Positions 36,913 through 46,947 of a stretch of 64,000 nucleotides of DNA are shown piece by piece; position 1 is the stretch's first letter; every line of letters begins with the position of its first letter. The notes below the pieces were generated by a model. It saw only the letters and a list, made by a program, of their open reading frames with translations, had not been told where the DNA came from and searched no databases. Made by a program: the position numbers and the translations under genes. This stretch comes from Thermoplasmata archaeon (GTDB lineage Archaea > Thermoplasmatota > Thermoplasmata > Lutacidiplasmatales > UBA184). The DNA is taken from assembly GCA_030037395.1 (NCBI GenBank), contig JASHRJ010000036.1, forward strand, positions 25,690-89,689, given 5' to 3'.

Positions 36913-37716
36913 GTGGGGACGCTGGCGATCATCCGGGTCGACCACGTCGACAAGTCCTTCCCCACCCGCCACGGAACGATCGCCATCATGCAGGACATCA
37001 CGTTCGACGTGAAGGACGCCGACTTCCTCGCGATCGTCGGCCCGTCCGGCTGCGGAAAGTCGACGCTGCTGCGGTTGATCCAGGGGCTCGACCGCCCAAC
37101 GGCGGGCTCGATCGTCTTCCGCGACCGGAAGGTCGACGGCGTGGCCGAGGGGATGGCGATGGTCTTCCAGAACTTCGCGCTGTTCCCCTGGCTCACCGTC
37201 AGCGAGAACGTCGCCTTCGGACTCGAGGCGCTCGGCTGGGAGCCCGAGCGGATCACCTCCCAGGTGGAGCGGTACGTCAACGTCACCGGCCTCGACGGCT
37301 TCGAGGAGGCGTACCCGCGCGAGATCTCGGGCGGGATGCGCCAACGGGTGGGTCTCGCGCGCGCGCTCGCGGTCGAGCCGACGGTCCTGCTCATGGACGA
37401 GCCGTTCAGCGCGCTGGACGCGCTGACCGCCGAGGGGCTTCGCGAGGAGGTCCTCCAGCTCTGGCGCGACCCGCAGCTCCCCCCGGAAGCGGTGATCCTT
37501 GTGACCCACAACATCGAGGAAGCGATCCAGCTCGCCGACCGCGTCGTGGTCCTCTCCCGCCGTCCGGGGCATGTCCTGGCGGAGGTCCCGGTCGAGCTTC
37601 CGCGGCCGCGCGACCGCAAGTCGCCCGCGTTCTACGACCTCACCGATAGGGTGTACTCGCTGATCACGGAGGGGGGCGCGCCGCCCGCCAGCGCCGGCGG
37701 TCCGGCGGCCTCGTGA
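36913..37716 (+). CDS. ABC transporter ATP-binding protein (nitrate/sulfonate/taurine family)
   Basis: Walker A GPSGCGKST, signature LSGGMRQR and Walker B LLMDEP. GTG start 6 nt after the permease stop. Confidence 0.88.
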   Translation: MGTLAIIRVDHVDKSFPTRHGTIAIMQDITFDVKDADFLAIVGPSGCGKSTLLRLIQGLDRPTAGSIVFRDRKVDGVAEGMAMVFQNFALFPWLTVSENVAFGLEALGWEPERITSQVERYVNVTGLDGFEEAYPREISGGMRQRVGLARALAVEPTVLLMDEPFSALDALTAEGLREEVLQLWRDPQLPPEAVILVTHNIEEAIQLADRVVVLSRRPGHVLAEVPVELPRPRDRKSPAFYDLTDRVYSLITEGGAPPASAGGPAAS

Positions 37717-37768
37717 GAAGGCTTTAATCCCGCCCCCGGTAGTCTCACGGAGGTCCCTAGCGGGCGCC

Positions 37769-38374
37769 GTGGCGACCACCTATCCGAAGTGCAGCCCGAC
37801 CGAGATGCTCGGGCTCCTGGTGCTGCTCAACGACCACAAGGGCTCGGAGGATGTCGCGCTCCTCGCCGACGACCTCGACCTGGAGATCGACGAGATCTTC
37901 CCGGCGCTCGAGTACGCCGAGCTGCTCCAGTTCCTCAAGGTCTCCGACGGCCGCGCCACCTTCACCGACCTCGGCCGCAAGCTCGTCGCCGCGTCGATCC
38001 GCGAGCGGAAGACAATCGTCCGGGACCAGCTCAAGAAGACCCCGCTGTTCCGCACGATCCTGCGCGCCCTCGAGGCGAGCCCCGAGCACCGACTCACGGA
38101 CGAGGAGTTCGGCCACATCATCGCGTTCACGACCGCCCGCCCGGACGGGGGCGAGCAGAACATCGTCAACTGGGGCCGGTACGCCGACCTGTTCCGCTAC
38201 GACGCCGACGCGCACGCGATCTGTCCGGCCCGCAGGTCTACCTACCGCAAGGGCGGGGACCGCGCCTCCCCCCCGAACGTGGGCCCCGGCAGCGAGACCG
38301 CCGAGCCGGCCTCGCCGAAGGGCTCGACGGGCGGGACGGCCCGGGGCCCCGGCACGGTGAGCGCCGTCGCCTGA
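37769..38374 (+). CDS. ABC-ATPase-associated (AAA-associated C-terminal-like) domain protein
   Basis: GLLVLLNDHKGSEDVALLADDLDLEIDEIFPALEYAELLQFLKVSDGRATFTDLG resembles the accessory domain normally fused to NitT/TauT ATPases. Confidence 0.5.
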   Translation: MATTYPKCSPTEMLGLLVLLNDHKGSEDVALLADDLDLEIDEIFPALEYAELLQFLKVSDGRATFTDLGRKLVAASIRERKTIVRDQLKKTPLFRTILRALEASPEHRLTDEEFGHIIAFTTARPDGGEQNIVNWGRYADLFRYDADAHAICPARRSTYRKGGDRASPPNVGPGSETAEPASPKGSTGGTARGPGTVSAVA

Positions 38375-38461
38375 GGGACCCGCGAGGGGAGTACCCCCCC
38401 GGCGCCGCCGTAAGGGCCCCGTCAGGTTATTGTCTTCCGCGTTTCCGCCGTCCCGTCGCCG

Positions 38462-39022
38462 ATGCCGGAGCTGCGGATCGTGGGCATTCCGGGAAGCCTT
38501 CGCGAGGGGGCGTACTCGTCCAGCCTCCTCCGGGCGGCGGTCGAACTCGTCCCGGACGGCGCCCGGATCGAGGTGGCGGACATCCGGGGGTTCCCGGTGT
38601 TCAACCAGGACGACGAGCGCGCGCCGCCGGAGCCGGTGCGGCGCCTCAAGGAGGCGGTCCGGGGGGCCGATGCGGTCCTTTTCTCGCTCAACGAGCACAA
38701 CTACGGCCTCTCCGCGGCCGAGAAGAACGTGCTCGACTGGGGTTCCCGACCGTACCCCGACAACGTCTGGAACGGCAAGCCGGCCGGCATCCTCAGCGCG
38801 AGCACGGGACGCCTCGGCGGAGCACGGGCCCAGTATGAGCTGCGGCAATCGATGGTGTTCCTCAACATGTTCCCGATCAACCGTCCGGAGGTGTTCGTGG
38901 CGGCGGCGGCCGAGAAGTTCGACGCCGCCGGCCGGCTCGTGGACGAAACCTCCCGCAAGTTCGTGCGCGAGCACCTGATCGAGCTTGTCCGCCACACCCG
39001 CGTGCTCGTCGCGCGCCCTTGA
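38462..39022 (+). CDS. NAD(P)H-dependent FMN reductase
   Basis: Flavodoxin-like pattern LRIVGIPGSLREGAYSSSLL...DAVLFSLNEHNYGLSAAEKNVLDW. TATA-like ggttattgtc lies 27-36 nt upstream. Confidence 0.75.
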   Translation: MPELRIVGIPGSLREGAYSSSLLRAAVELVPDGARIEVADIRGFPVFNQDDERAPPEPVRRLKEAVRGADAVLFSLNEHNYGLSAAEKNVLDWGSRPYPDNVWNGKPAGILSASTGRLGGARAQYELRQSMVFLNMFPINRPEVFVAAAAEKFDAAGRLVDETSRKFVREHLIELVRHTRVLVARP

Positions 39023-39085
39023 GGCTCGGGCCGAGCTCGGCCCCATCCAAACTCTTAAACCCGGCGACCGTTCGGCCGCCCCGCT

Positions 39086-39157
39086 GGGCACGTAGATCAG
39101 CGGAAGATCGCTGCTTTCGCAAAGCAGAGGTCGGGGGTTCAAATCCCCCCGTGTCCA
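39086..39157 (+). tRNA. tRNA-Ala (CGC)
   Basis: Acceptor pairs GGGCACG with CGUGUCC, including the G3:U70 Ala identity pair. The anticodon loop is UUCGCAA and the T-loop is TTCAAAT. Confidence 0.85.
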
Positions 39158-39314
39158 CCTCTCCCACGGGCCGACCCGGCGTCGCGTCCTATCGGGCCGG
39201 CGAGGGCCGGACGAAAAGGGCCCCGGGGGCGCCGCGACCCGTCTGGACCGGGTCGCCTGCGACGATCGCCGTCGCGCCCGGGACCGCCGGGCGGCCGACC
39301 GGGCCCGGCGGGGG

Positions 39315-41234
39315 TCAGGGGGTTCCGCGTTCGGGTGCGTCGGGAGCCGGTGGGGCCGGGGCCCCTTCCCGAGGCGGGCGCCGACGCCCGCGCTCGCGCG
39401 CCCTGCCGAACGGGAGGTGCAGCAGACGCTCCCGCTGTCGTTCCTGGGCGTTCCACTGGGCTCGGGCGTCGAACGGAGACTCCCGGGTGACGAAGCCGAC
39501 CACGTGGGAGGGCTCGCCCGGGTCGACCACCGGGACGGCGCTGCCCCCCAGGTGCGCCAGACGGTCGATGGCGATGCGGAGCGGCTCGTCCGGATAGGTC
39601 GCGCTCGCCAGCGGGACCGCCCGCGCACGGACCCGGGTCGAAGGGTCCCCGCCGGCGTCGAGGAAACGTTCGAGGTCGGCTCGGAACGCAAACCCCGCCG
39701 GGACGCCGTGCTCCCCGACGAGCGCAAGGCCCGCGCCGGCCCGCTCGGGGTCGTCGGTGGCCCGCAGCGCCTCTTCGACGCTCACGTCCGCGTCCACGGG
39801 CCAGACCGCCGTGTGCATCACCGACCCGACCGGCACCCGCTCGAGCGGATCGACAGCGTACTCGCGGGCCACGTGGACCCCGCGACGGGCGATCTTCTCG
39901 GTGAGGATCGAGCGATCCATGGAGAGAACGGTGAAGCCGTAGGCGATCGCCCCGGCGGCCAGGAGCGGGAGGAGAGCGTTCACGTCGTGCGTGAGCTCGA
40001 CCGCGAAGACGATCCCGGTGAGCGGAGAGCGCATCGTCCCCCCCAGCGTCGCCGACATGCTGACCAGGACCCACAGCGGCGTCGACCCGAACGGGAGGAG
40101 CCGGGCCTCTACCGCCCCGAGGGACCCCCCGATGATCAGCAGCGGAGCGAGAACTCCCCCCGAGGTGCCCGAGCCGAGCGCCACCGCCCAGATGACGGCC
40201 TTGACGACCAGGAGCGTCACGACGAAAACGAGCGTGACCTCCACCGCGGGGTAGACCGATGTGAGCTGCGGGTTCGAGCAACTGAGCAGCAGGCAGATCC
40301 CGCCGTAGCCGACCCCGAGGGACTGGACGACCACCAGCCCGCCGACTCCGACGACCGCTCCGCCGATCGCCGGCCACCACATCCAGTGGATCGGGAGCTT
40401 GCGGAACGCATCCTCGAAGAAGTACACCGCCCGGGTCAGGACGGTGGCCAGCGCCCCCGCGAGGAGGCCGACGAGCAGCGCGCCCGCGAGGATCGGACCG
40501 GTCGGGGCGCCGGACGCCGGGATAGGGAGCAGCGGACCGACGCCGTGGGCCGGGACGAGGGTCCAGCTCAGGAACGTGGCCGTCACCGTGGCCACGGCCA
40601 CCGGAAGGAGGCTCCGGGGCTTCCACTCGAACAAGAGGAGCTCGGCCGAGAGCAGCACCGCCGCGACGGGCGTGTTGAAGATCGCGGCCATCCCGGCGGC
40701 CGCGCCCGCGACCAGGAGGGTCTTGCGCTCGGCCGCGGTGAGCGTGAGGAATTGGCCGAGCACCGAACCCAGCGCACCCCCGGTCAGGATGATCGGGCCC
40801 TCCGCCCCGAACGGGCCGCCGGTCCCGATCGAGACGGCCGAGGAGACCGGCTTGAGCACGGCGAGACGGGGGGCGACCCGGCTGCGGTCGATCAGGATCG
40901 ACTCGAGCGCCTCGGGGATCCCGTGGCCCCGGATCCGCTCCGAGCCGAACCGCGCCATCCCCCCGATCAGAAGCCCGCCGACCACGGGGACCCCTACGGA
41001 GAGGAAGCCCCAGGTGTTCGCGGGAGGCACCGTCCTGACGGAGAGCCGTCCGAAGTAGAACAGGTTCGTGAAGAGGCCGATCAGGTCGTACAGCGCCGCT
41101 GCCGCGAACGCCGCGAGCGCGCCCACGACGACCGCGAACCCGGCGATCCTGAGCATCCTCCGATCGGAGGAGGTGAAGTCTCCCAGTTGGGCCGCGCCGA
41201 GGTGCCGTGGCAGGACCGGGGGACCGGCGCTCAC
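39315..41234 (-). CDS. ClC-family chloride channel/transporter with C-terminal CBS domains
   Basis: GHGIPE and GTGGPFGAEGP selectivity-filter motifs, a hydrophobic core, and a C-terminal CBS pair. Confidence 0.85.
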   Translation of the reverse strand: MSAGPPVLPRHLGAAQLGDFTSSDRRMLRIAGFAVVVGALAAFAAAALYDLIGLFTNLFYFGRLSVRTVPPANTWGFLSVGVPVVGGLLIGGMARFGSERIRGHGIPEALESILIDRSRVAPRLAVLKPVSSAVSIGTGGPFGAEGPIILTGGALGSVLGQFLTLTAAERKTLLVAGAAAGMAAIFNTPVAAVLLSAELLLFEWKPRSLLPVAVATVTATFLSWTLVPAHGVGPLLPIPASGAPTGPILAGALLVGLLAGALATVLTRAVYFFEDAFRKLPIHWMWWPAIGGAVVGVGGLVVVQSLGVGYGGICLLLSCSNPQLTSVYPAVEVTLVFVVTLLVVKAVIWAVALGSGTSGGVLAPLLIIGGSLGAVEARLLPFGSTPLWVLVSMSATLGGTMRSPLTGIVFAVELTHDVNALLPLLAAGAIAYGFTVLSMDRSILTEKIARRGVHVAREYAVDPLERVPVGSVMHTAVWPVDADVSVEEALRATDDPERAGAGLALVGEHGVPAGFAFRADLERFLDAGGDPSTRVRARAVPLASATYPDEPLRIAIDRLAHLGGSAVPVVDPGEPSHVVGFVTRESPFDARAQWNAQERQRERLLHLPFGRARERGRRRPPREGAPAPPAPDAPERGTP

Positions 41235-41339
41235 GCGGAGATGGCTCCCGGCCGGGCCCGCCCGACCCCCCGGCTGCCCGGCACGGGCCCAAGGATCCGC
41301 GCCGTCGGACGACCCGGGAGCCGCAACGCCCGCGGCCCC

Positions 41340-41789
41340 TCAGTCGCCCACGATCAGGACCGATCGGCGCGTCGTGGCGGCCACGTGCCGGCTGACGCTG
41401 CCTCGAGCCCACCGGCCGAACGACGGCTTCCCCCGCCGCGCCAGCACGATCAGGTCGCAGTCGGCGAACTCCGCGTACTCGCAGATCCGCTCTCCGGGAT
41501 CCCCGTGGAGGATCCGGATCGGAACGTCCCGGCCGGTCCCCCCGAGGCGGTCGACCAGGCGACGCCGGAGCTCCTGGTTGATCGCGGCCTCCTCGGCGTT
41601 GGCCGGGGACCCGTCCGACTCGTTCGCCGCGGCGGTGGTCGATCGCAGAACGACGTGACATACCACCCCGTGCGCCCGGGCTCGGAGCAGGTCGGCGACG
41701 ACGCCCCACAGCCGGGGGTTCGGTTCCCCCGGCCGGACCGCCAGCAGGAACCGCCGGAAGGGGGGAGCTCCCGGAGAGAGCTGCGGCAC
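41340..41789 (-). CDS. universal stress protein (UspA domain)
   Basis: RFLLAV...HGVVCHVVL...DLIVLARRGKP...HVAATTRRSVLIVGD. A GTG start at 41789 is preferred. The upstream part of the ORF (ATG 41975) is low-complexity. Confidence 0.6.
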   Translation of the reverse strand: MPQLSPGAPPFRRFLLAVRPGEPNPRLWGVVADLLRARAHGVVCHVVLRSTTAAANESDGSPANAEEAAINQELRRRLVDRLGGTGRDVPIRILHGDPGERICEYAEFADCDLIVLARRGKPSFGRWARGSVSRHVAATTRRSVLIVGD

Positions 41790-42622
41790 CGTGTCCCCAC
41801 CGGTCCCCCGCGGCGCGGGGCGTTCCGGCGGGGCCTCTCGGCCCGTCGTCGCGGTCACGTCCGTAGACGCGTCCCCGGCGCGTGGGCTGCCCGGCGGGGG
41901 GCCGAGGGCCGCCTCGTGGGGCCTCCCTCGAGCACCTCCCCGAGGAGCTCTCCGAGGACGGCCGCGTTCGAGCATGCCGAGTCCCTCGTCGCGTGCAGGA
42001 GCGTGACGGTCGTCCGTTCCGCCTGCACGGCGAGCTCCGCCAGGCTGTCCCGCTGCCGGAGCAGCTCGAGCCGATACCGCTCCCGAAACCCGGCGAACCG
42101 CTCCCGGTCGTGCCCGTACCACTTCCGCAGCCCGTCGCTCGGCGCGAGGTCACGACGCCAGACCCCTACGCTGGCTCGGCGCTTGGACAGGCCCCGGGGC
42201 CACAGGCGATCGACCAGGATGCGGGTTCCGTCCGACGGGGAGGGCGCAGCGTAGACCCGCTTGAGTCGGATCATCCGGACTCCCGGAGGCTCTCGTGCGC
42301 TCGGCTCCTTCCGGAGGGCGGGCCCCCTCTGACCAGCGGCCGCGGCGTCATGGAGTCCGCCGCTAGACCGTTCGAGCGGGGAAGGCCGTGCGGGCGCCGG
42401 CGCGCGGGCCGCATCCGCCGATCGGCTCGAGCTACCCGCTCGAGGAGGAACGGTCAAACCCGAGCCGGGGCGTGGCCCATCCCCATCCGAAGAGCGATGA
42501 GCGGAGGTCCGCCCGCGGGGTCTCGGAGTGACCGTCGAAGGCGGCGAGCGCCGACGGGTCCTCGCCGGCCGCAGACGACCGTCTCCTGTCGGCTCCGGGT
42601 CCGCCTTCCGCCGGACGTGTGG

Positions 42623-43300
42623 ATGGCCGCGTTGAGCGCGGCCCACCCGTCGGTCCGCTTCGAGGTCCTCGACCGCTTGGAAGTTTCGCCCCGCCGAGTG
42701 CTCTTCGACGTTCGCCTTCCCGCGCGGCCGACCGCGCCCTGGAGCGAGGAGCTCGGGAGGCTCCCGGACGTCGGCTCCGTGGAGCTCCTCGACGCGAGCG
42801 CATCGGCGGAGACCTACCGAGTGCTGTTCGCCGGACGCACCTTCGTCCCTTTGGTGAAGCGCTGGAGGGTGCTCCGCCGGTTCCCCTTTCCCGTGGAGAA
42901 CGGGGTCGCGACCTGGCTGGTGGTGGGCGCGGAGCCCCGCGTCCGTCGCCTCCTCTCCGCGCTGCGGGGGTCCGGGGTCGCTTTCCGCATCGACTCGGTC
43001 CGACGGGGTCTCCCGGCCGGGCCGGCGTCCGTGCTCACAACCCGTCAGCGGGAGGTCCTGCGGAAGGCCGTGGGAGAAGGCTACTTCGACGTCCCGCGCC
43101 GGATCTCCCTGACCGAGCTCGCCGTCCGGCTGGGGATTGCCTCCTCCACGCTTTCGGTCACCTTGGCCGTGATCGAGAAGAAGATCGTCGAGCCCCTCGT
43201 CGGCGAGGGGGCCCGCGGGGCCGCCCGTACGGACCCGTCGGACCGAGGACAAGCCCGGGTCGGCCGGCCCGGCGGACCGCGGGCCTCCGGTCGGACCTGA
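42623..43300 (+). CDS. HTH_10 (bacterio-opsin-activator-type) transcriptional regulator
   Basis: The C-terminal motif is LTTRQREVLRKAVGEGYFDVPRRISLTELAVRLGIASSTLSVTL. The start is at MAALSAA. Confidence 0.65.
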   Translation: MAALSAAHPSVRFEVLDRLEVSPRRVLFDVRLPARPTAPWSEELGRLPDVGSVELLDASASAETYRVLFAGRTFVPLVKRWRVLRRFPFPVENGVATWLVVGAEPRVRRLLSALRGSGVAFRIDSVRRGLPAGPASVLTTRQREVLRKAVGEGYFDVPRRISLTELAVRLGIASSTLSVTLAVIEKKIVEPLVGEGARGAARTDPSDRGQARVGRPGGPRASGRT

Positions 43301-43614
43301 TCCACCCTTGGGTCGCGTGGCCCACCCGCGCTTCCCGTGGAACGCCTTCGTCCGTCGGCCCTGCCGCGGCAGGGCCCGCGCCGAACCCGGCGGGCCGTGG
43401 GAGCCGCCGCCTCCGTCGCCCGGGCCCGAGCCATCTCCCTCGCCCTCAGGAGCCGCCGGTCCGACGGCGGCTCAGGTCGCGCCTCTCTCCGTCAGGGGCG
43501 GGCGGCGTGCGGCGCGCTTCGAACTCGAGGGGCGACGGTACGACCGGTTCCCCCGCGAACCCCCGGGAACGTGCACCGACATCTTCTTGCGCCGCGGGCC
43601 GTCGGCGCCGGGCC

Positions 43615-43908
43615 GTGGACTCTGCCGACTGGACGGTCACGCTCGTCGGCTCCGTCGCCGCGATCTGCACGACGGGAGCGTTCGTGCCGCAGGTCCTCCG
43701 TGTCTGGCGGCTGAAGAGCGCCCGGGAGATCTCCCTCGCCACCTTCCTCGTCTTCGCCGTCGGCACGTTCGCCTGGCTCGTCTACGGCCTGTTCATCGGC
43801 TCCCTGCCGGTGATCGCCGCCAACGCGGCCACGTTCGCCCTGGCCGTGACGATGGTCGTCGCGAAGTGGGTGTACGATCGGTCCCCGGTGGCCGCCTCCT
43901 CCCCGTGA
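43615..43908 (+). CDS. SemiSWEET / PQ-loop family transporter (3-TM)
   Basis: ICTTGAFVPQVLRVWRLKSAREISLATFLVFAVGTFAWLVYG matches the PQ-loop and WLxYG signatures. GTG start. Confidence 0.7.
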   Translation: MDSADWTVTLVGSVAAICTTGAFVPQVLRVWRLKSAREISLATFLVFAVGTFAWLVYGLFIGSLPVIAANAATFALAVTMVVAKWVYDRSPVAASSP

Positions 43909-44001
43909 CCCTGGGCTGACATCGACGTGCCCCGGCACCGCAGAGCCTGCCCGTGCGGGAGCGGGGGAAAGCGGTAAGGGCGGCGCCGCGGTCGCGCGGG
44001 C

Positions 44002-44172
44002 ATGGTTGCCGGTTCGTCGCTCGGGTCGTCGAGCTCCGCGCCTCTGCCCGCGAACTCGCTGGAAGCGCTGCAACGGATCGAGCGGAACACCGCCGAGACC
44101 GCGCGGTGGCTCCGGATCCTGGTGGTCGCCGTGGTCGTGCTGATCCTCGTGGATCTCCTCATCTTCATCTAG
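44002..44172 (+). CDS. small tail-anchored membrane protein (56 aa)
   Basis: MVAGSS...RWLRILVVAVVVLILVDLLIFI is below the track cut-off. It has a hydrophobic C-terminal helix. Confidence 0.3.
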   Translation: MVAGSSLGSSSSAPLPANSLEALQRIERNTAETARWLRILVVAVVVLILVDLLIFI

Positions 44173-44201
44173 GGGCCGCCGGCCGGCGGCGTGGGAACCG
44201 G

Positions 44202-44753
44202 CTACGCGTCCAGTCCGGGCGGCTCGCGTCCGGGGCGGTCGCCGCGCGCGAAATCCGCCTCGGCCTCCGCGCGCTTGCGGGCCTTCTCCGCGCGCGGCAT
44301 GCGGACCCGCATCGAGAGCGACCAGTGGTGCCCGAACGGATCGATAAGGCGGCCGTACCGCTCGCCCCAGAACTGGTTCTCGAGCGGCATGCTGACCGTG
44401 GCGCCGGCCGCCACGGCCCGGTCCCAGAGGGTATCGACGTTCTTCGTGTACAGGTGAAGGGTCACCGTCGTCGTGCCGACCGACGCGGGCGAGGCGACCT
44501 CCGCGCCCTCGAACACGTCCGACAGCATCACGATCGAGCTGCCGATCCTCAGGCGCCCGTGGATCAGCTTGCCCTCCGGCGTGGTCTGCCGCACGAGCTC
44601 CCGGGCCCCGAACGCCTTTCGGTAGAACTCCAGGGCGGCCACGCCCCCTTGGACCGAGAGGTACGGGATGATCGTGGGGTAGCCCGGAGGGACCGGCGCC
44701 AACGCGGGGCGCGCCGGGCGGGCTCGCCTGCGGGGACGGGTTGGGCCGGGCAT
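44202..44753 (-). CDS. VOC-family protein (PhnB-like)
   Basis: IIPYLSVQGGVAALEFYRKAFGA...HLYTKNVDTLWDRAVAAGATV. Confidence 0.7.
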   Translation of the reverse strand: MPGPTRPRRRARPARPALAPVPPGYPTIIPYLSVQGGVAALEFYRKAFGARELVRQTTPEGKLIHGRLRIGSSIVMLSDVFEGAEVASPASVGTTTVTLHLYTKNVDTLWDRAVAAGATVSMPLENQFWGERYGRLIDPFGHHWSLSMRVRMPRAEKARKRAEAEADFARGDRPGREPPGLDA

Positions 44754-44902
44754 CTCGTGGCGACCGCGCGCCCATCTGGACCGGCCAGATAAGCGCTGTC
44801 CGCCCGAGCGGGGGCCGGCTCCGGCCGGACGGAGGCGGCCGTCAACCGACGTTGACCTTCCCGTTATCGAGCGGGCCCGGGCTGGTCCGGCCGGCTCGGC
44901 CG

Positions 44903-45757
44903 ATGCTCGAGATACGGTTCCATGGGCGAGGAGGCCAGGGCGCCGTCGTCGCCTCCGAGCTGCTCGCCCAGGCGGCGTTCCTCGACGGCAAGATGCCCCA
45001 GAGCTTCCCGTTCTTCGGCGTGGAGCGGCGCGGCGCTCCGGTGACCGCGTTCGCTCGGATCGACGACCGTCCGATCCGGGTCCGCACGTCCGTCACCGAA
45101 CCGGACGTCGTCGTCGTGCTCGACCCCGGGCTGCTGGCGACCACCCCGGTGAGCGAGGGCCTCCGGCCCGGGGGGCTCCTGCTGGTGAACACCCGGACGG
45201 CGGCGGAGGCGCTTGCCGGGCCGGTGGGCATCCGTCGGGCCACGGTCGATGCCACCCGGATCGCGCTGGCGCGCGGTCTCGGCACGTCGATGATGCCGAT
45301 CGTGAACACCGCGGTCCTGGGCGCGCTCTCGCGCGCGAGCGGGGCGGTCTCCCCGGAGGCCCTCGATCGGGCGATCGCCGCCTTCGTGCCCGCCCGGCCG
45401 GACGCCAACCGCGACGCCGCGCGGGACGGCTACCTTCAGGTACGCGCGGCGCCGGCCCGCGAGGGGCCGTCCGCGGCGCCCGCGCACCCCCGCCCGCCCC
45501 CGGTGCCGATCCCGGAGGGACCGATCGCGTTCCTCTCGAGCGAGTCGACCCCGACGGCGGCCTGGCGGACGTTCACCCCGGTGATCCACCGGGAGCGGTG
45601 CACGCGGTGCAACTTCTGCTGGAAGTTCTGCCCGGACGACGCGATCGAGCTCGGCGCCGACGGGTTCCCGCGCCTCCGCGCCGCCTTCTGCAAAGGTTGC
45701 GGGATCTGCGCCGCCGAGTGCCCCCCGAAGACGATCGAGATGGTCGCGGAGGCCTAG
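44903..45757 (+). CDS. porG: pyruvate/2-oxoacid:ferredoxin oxidoreductase gamma-delta fusion
   Basis: Starts MLEIRFHGRGGQGAVVASELLA (gamma). The C-terminus has 2x[4Fe-4S] CTRCNFCWKFCP...CKGCGICAAECP (delta). Confidence 0.88.
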   Translation: MLEIRFHGRGGQGAVVASELLAQAAFLDGKMPQSFPFFGVERRGAPVTAFARIDDRPIRVRTSVTEPDVVVVLDPGLLATTPVSEGLRPGGLLLVNTRTAAEALAGPVGIRRATVDATRIALARGLGTSMMPIVNTAVLGALSRASGAVSPEALDRAIAAFVPARPDANRDAARDGYLQVRAAPAREGPSAAPAHPRPPPVPIPEGPIAFLSSESTPTAAWRTFTPVIHRERCTRCNFCWKFCPDDAIELGADGFPRLRAAFCKGCGICAAECPPKTIEMVAEA

Positions 45758-45768
45758 CGGCAGGAACG

Positions 45769-46947
45769 ATGGCGCGCAAGGTCCTATCCGGTAACTCCGC
45801 CCAGGCGTACGCCGCCCGGCTTGCAAGGGTCCAGGTCGTCTCGGCGTATCCGATCACCCCGCAGACGTCGATCGTCGAGAAGATCGCGGACTTCGTGGCG
45901 TCCGGCGAGCTGCCCGCCCAGTACGTCAAGGTCGAGTCCGAGCACTCGGCGCTCCAGGTCTGCCTGAGCGCCTCCGCGCTCGGCGCGAGGACGTACACGG
46001 CGACCTCGAGCCAGGGCCTGCTGCTGATGCACGAGCTGTTGCACTGGGCGAGCGGGATGCGGGCGCCCATCGTTATGGGCGTCGTGAACCGCGCGGTCGC
46101 GCCGCCCTGGAACATCGGCGCCGACCACACCGATACGATCAGCCAGCGGGACACCGGCTGGCTCCAGTTCTACGCGGAGAGCAACCAGGAGGTCCTCGAC
46201 ACCGTGCTCGAGGCGTTCCGCCTCGCCGAGGACCCTGCGGTGCGCCTGCCGGTCATGGTGGCGGAGGACGCGTTCTACCTCTCGCACACGGTCGAGCCGG
46301 TGGACGTACCGGACCCGGCCCAGGTCGACCGATTCCTGCCGCCGCGCGAGCCCCACGCCGTCTTGGTTCCCGGCGAGACCGCCCGGCTCGGTTCGTTCAC
46401 CGGCCCGGATCGCTACGTCGATTTCCGGCGTCAGTTGGCGCGCGCGGTCCGTGAGGTGCCGAGGACGCTTGCGGAGGTCGAGGCGGACTACGCCCGCGTC
46501 GTGGGGAGGGACCTGGGCGGGCCGTTGCCGACGTACCGTGCCGACGACGCGGACGCGGTGCTCCTCACGATGGGGACCGCGACGACGACGGCGCGAGGGG
46601 TCGTTGACGACCTCCGGGCGGCGGGTCGAAAGGTTGGCCTGGCCCAGCTGCGGCTGTTCCGGCCGTTCCCGGACGACACGATCCGCCAGCTCGGCGTCTC
46701 GGTTGACCGTCTCGGCGTCGTCGACCGCGCCTACACGTTCGGCCCGTCCGGGCCCGTGGCCACCGAGGTCGGAGCGGCGCTCTACGGGGTCTCCCGGCGC
46801 CCCCTCCTGACGAGCTTCCTCGCAGGGATCGGGGGCCGGGACGTCACCCCGCACGAGGTCCGACGCATGTTCGACACCCTGCTGTCGGACGAACCCCCCA
46901 GCACCCACTGGGAGGACCTGGAGGAGGAGGCGGCGGTCCGTGGCTAA
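45769..46947 (+). CDS. porA: pyruvate:ferredoxin oxidoreductase alpha subunit
   Basis: ARLARVQVVSAYPITPQTSIVE... is the N-terminal PorA/transketolase-like domain. Confidence 0.88.
   Translation: MARKVLSGNSAQAYAARLARVQVVSAYPITPQTSIVEKIADFVASGELPAQYVKVESEHSALQVCLSASALGARTYTATSSQGLLLMHELLHWASGMRAPIVMGVVNRAVAPPWNIGADHTDTISQRDTGWLQFYAESNQEVLDTVLEAFRLAEDPAVRLPVMVAEDAFYLSHTVEPVDVPDPAQVDRFLPPREPHAVLVPGETARLGSFTGPDRYVDFRRQLARAVREVPRTLAEVEADYARVVGRDLGGPLPTYRADDADAVLLTMGTATTTARGVVDDLRAAGRKVGLAQLRLFRPFPDDTIRQLGVSVDRLGVVDRAYTFGPSGPVATEVGAALYGVSRRPLLTSFLAGIGGRDVTPHEVRRMFDTLLSDEPPSTHWEDLEEEAAVRG

Noticed and set aside
34978-37716. 912-aa single ORF
   Set aside because: It reads through the permease gene in the wrong frame. 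Only the last 267 codons (ABC ATPase from GTG 36913) are genuine.
39019-39597. 192-aa plus ORF overlapping tRNA-Ala
   Set aside because: It overlaps a clean tRNA-Ala gene and translates to low-complexity sequence.
39139-42254. 1004-aa (-) and 945-aa (+) giant ORFs
   Set aside because: Homopolymeric R/G/P/D translations typical of 70% GC DNA. The genuine genes inside are the ClC channel (39315-41234) and the USP (41340-41789).
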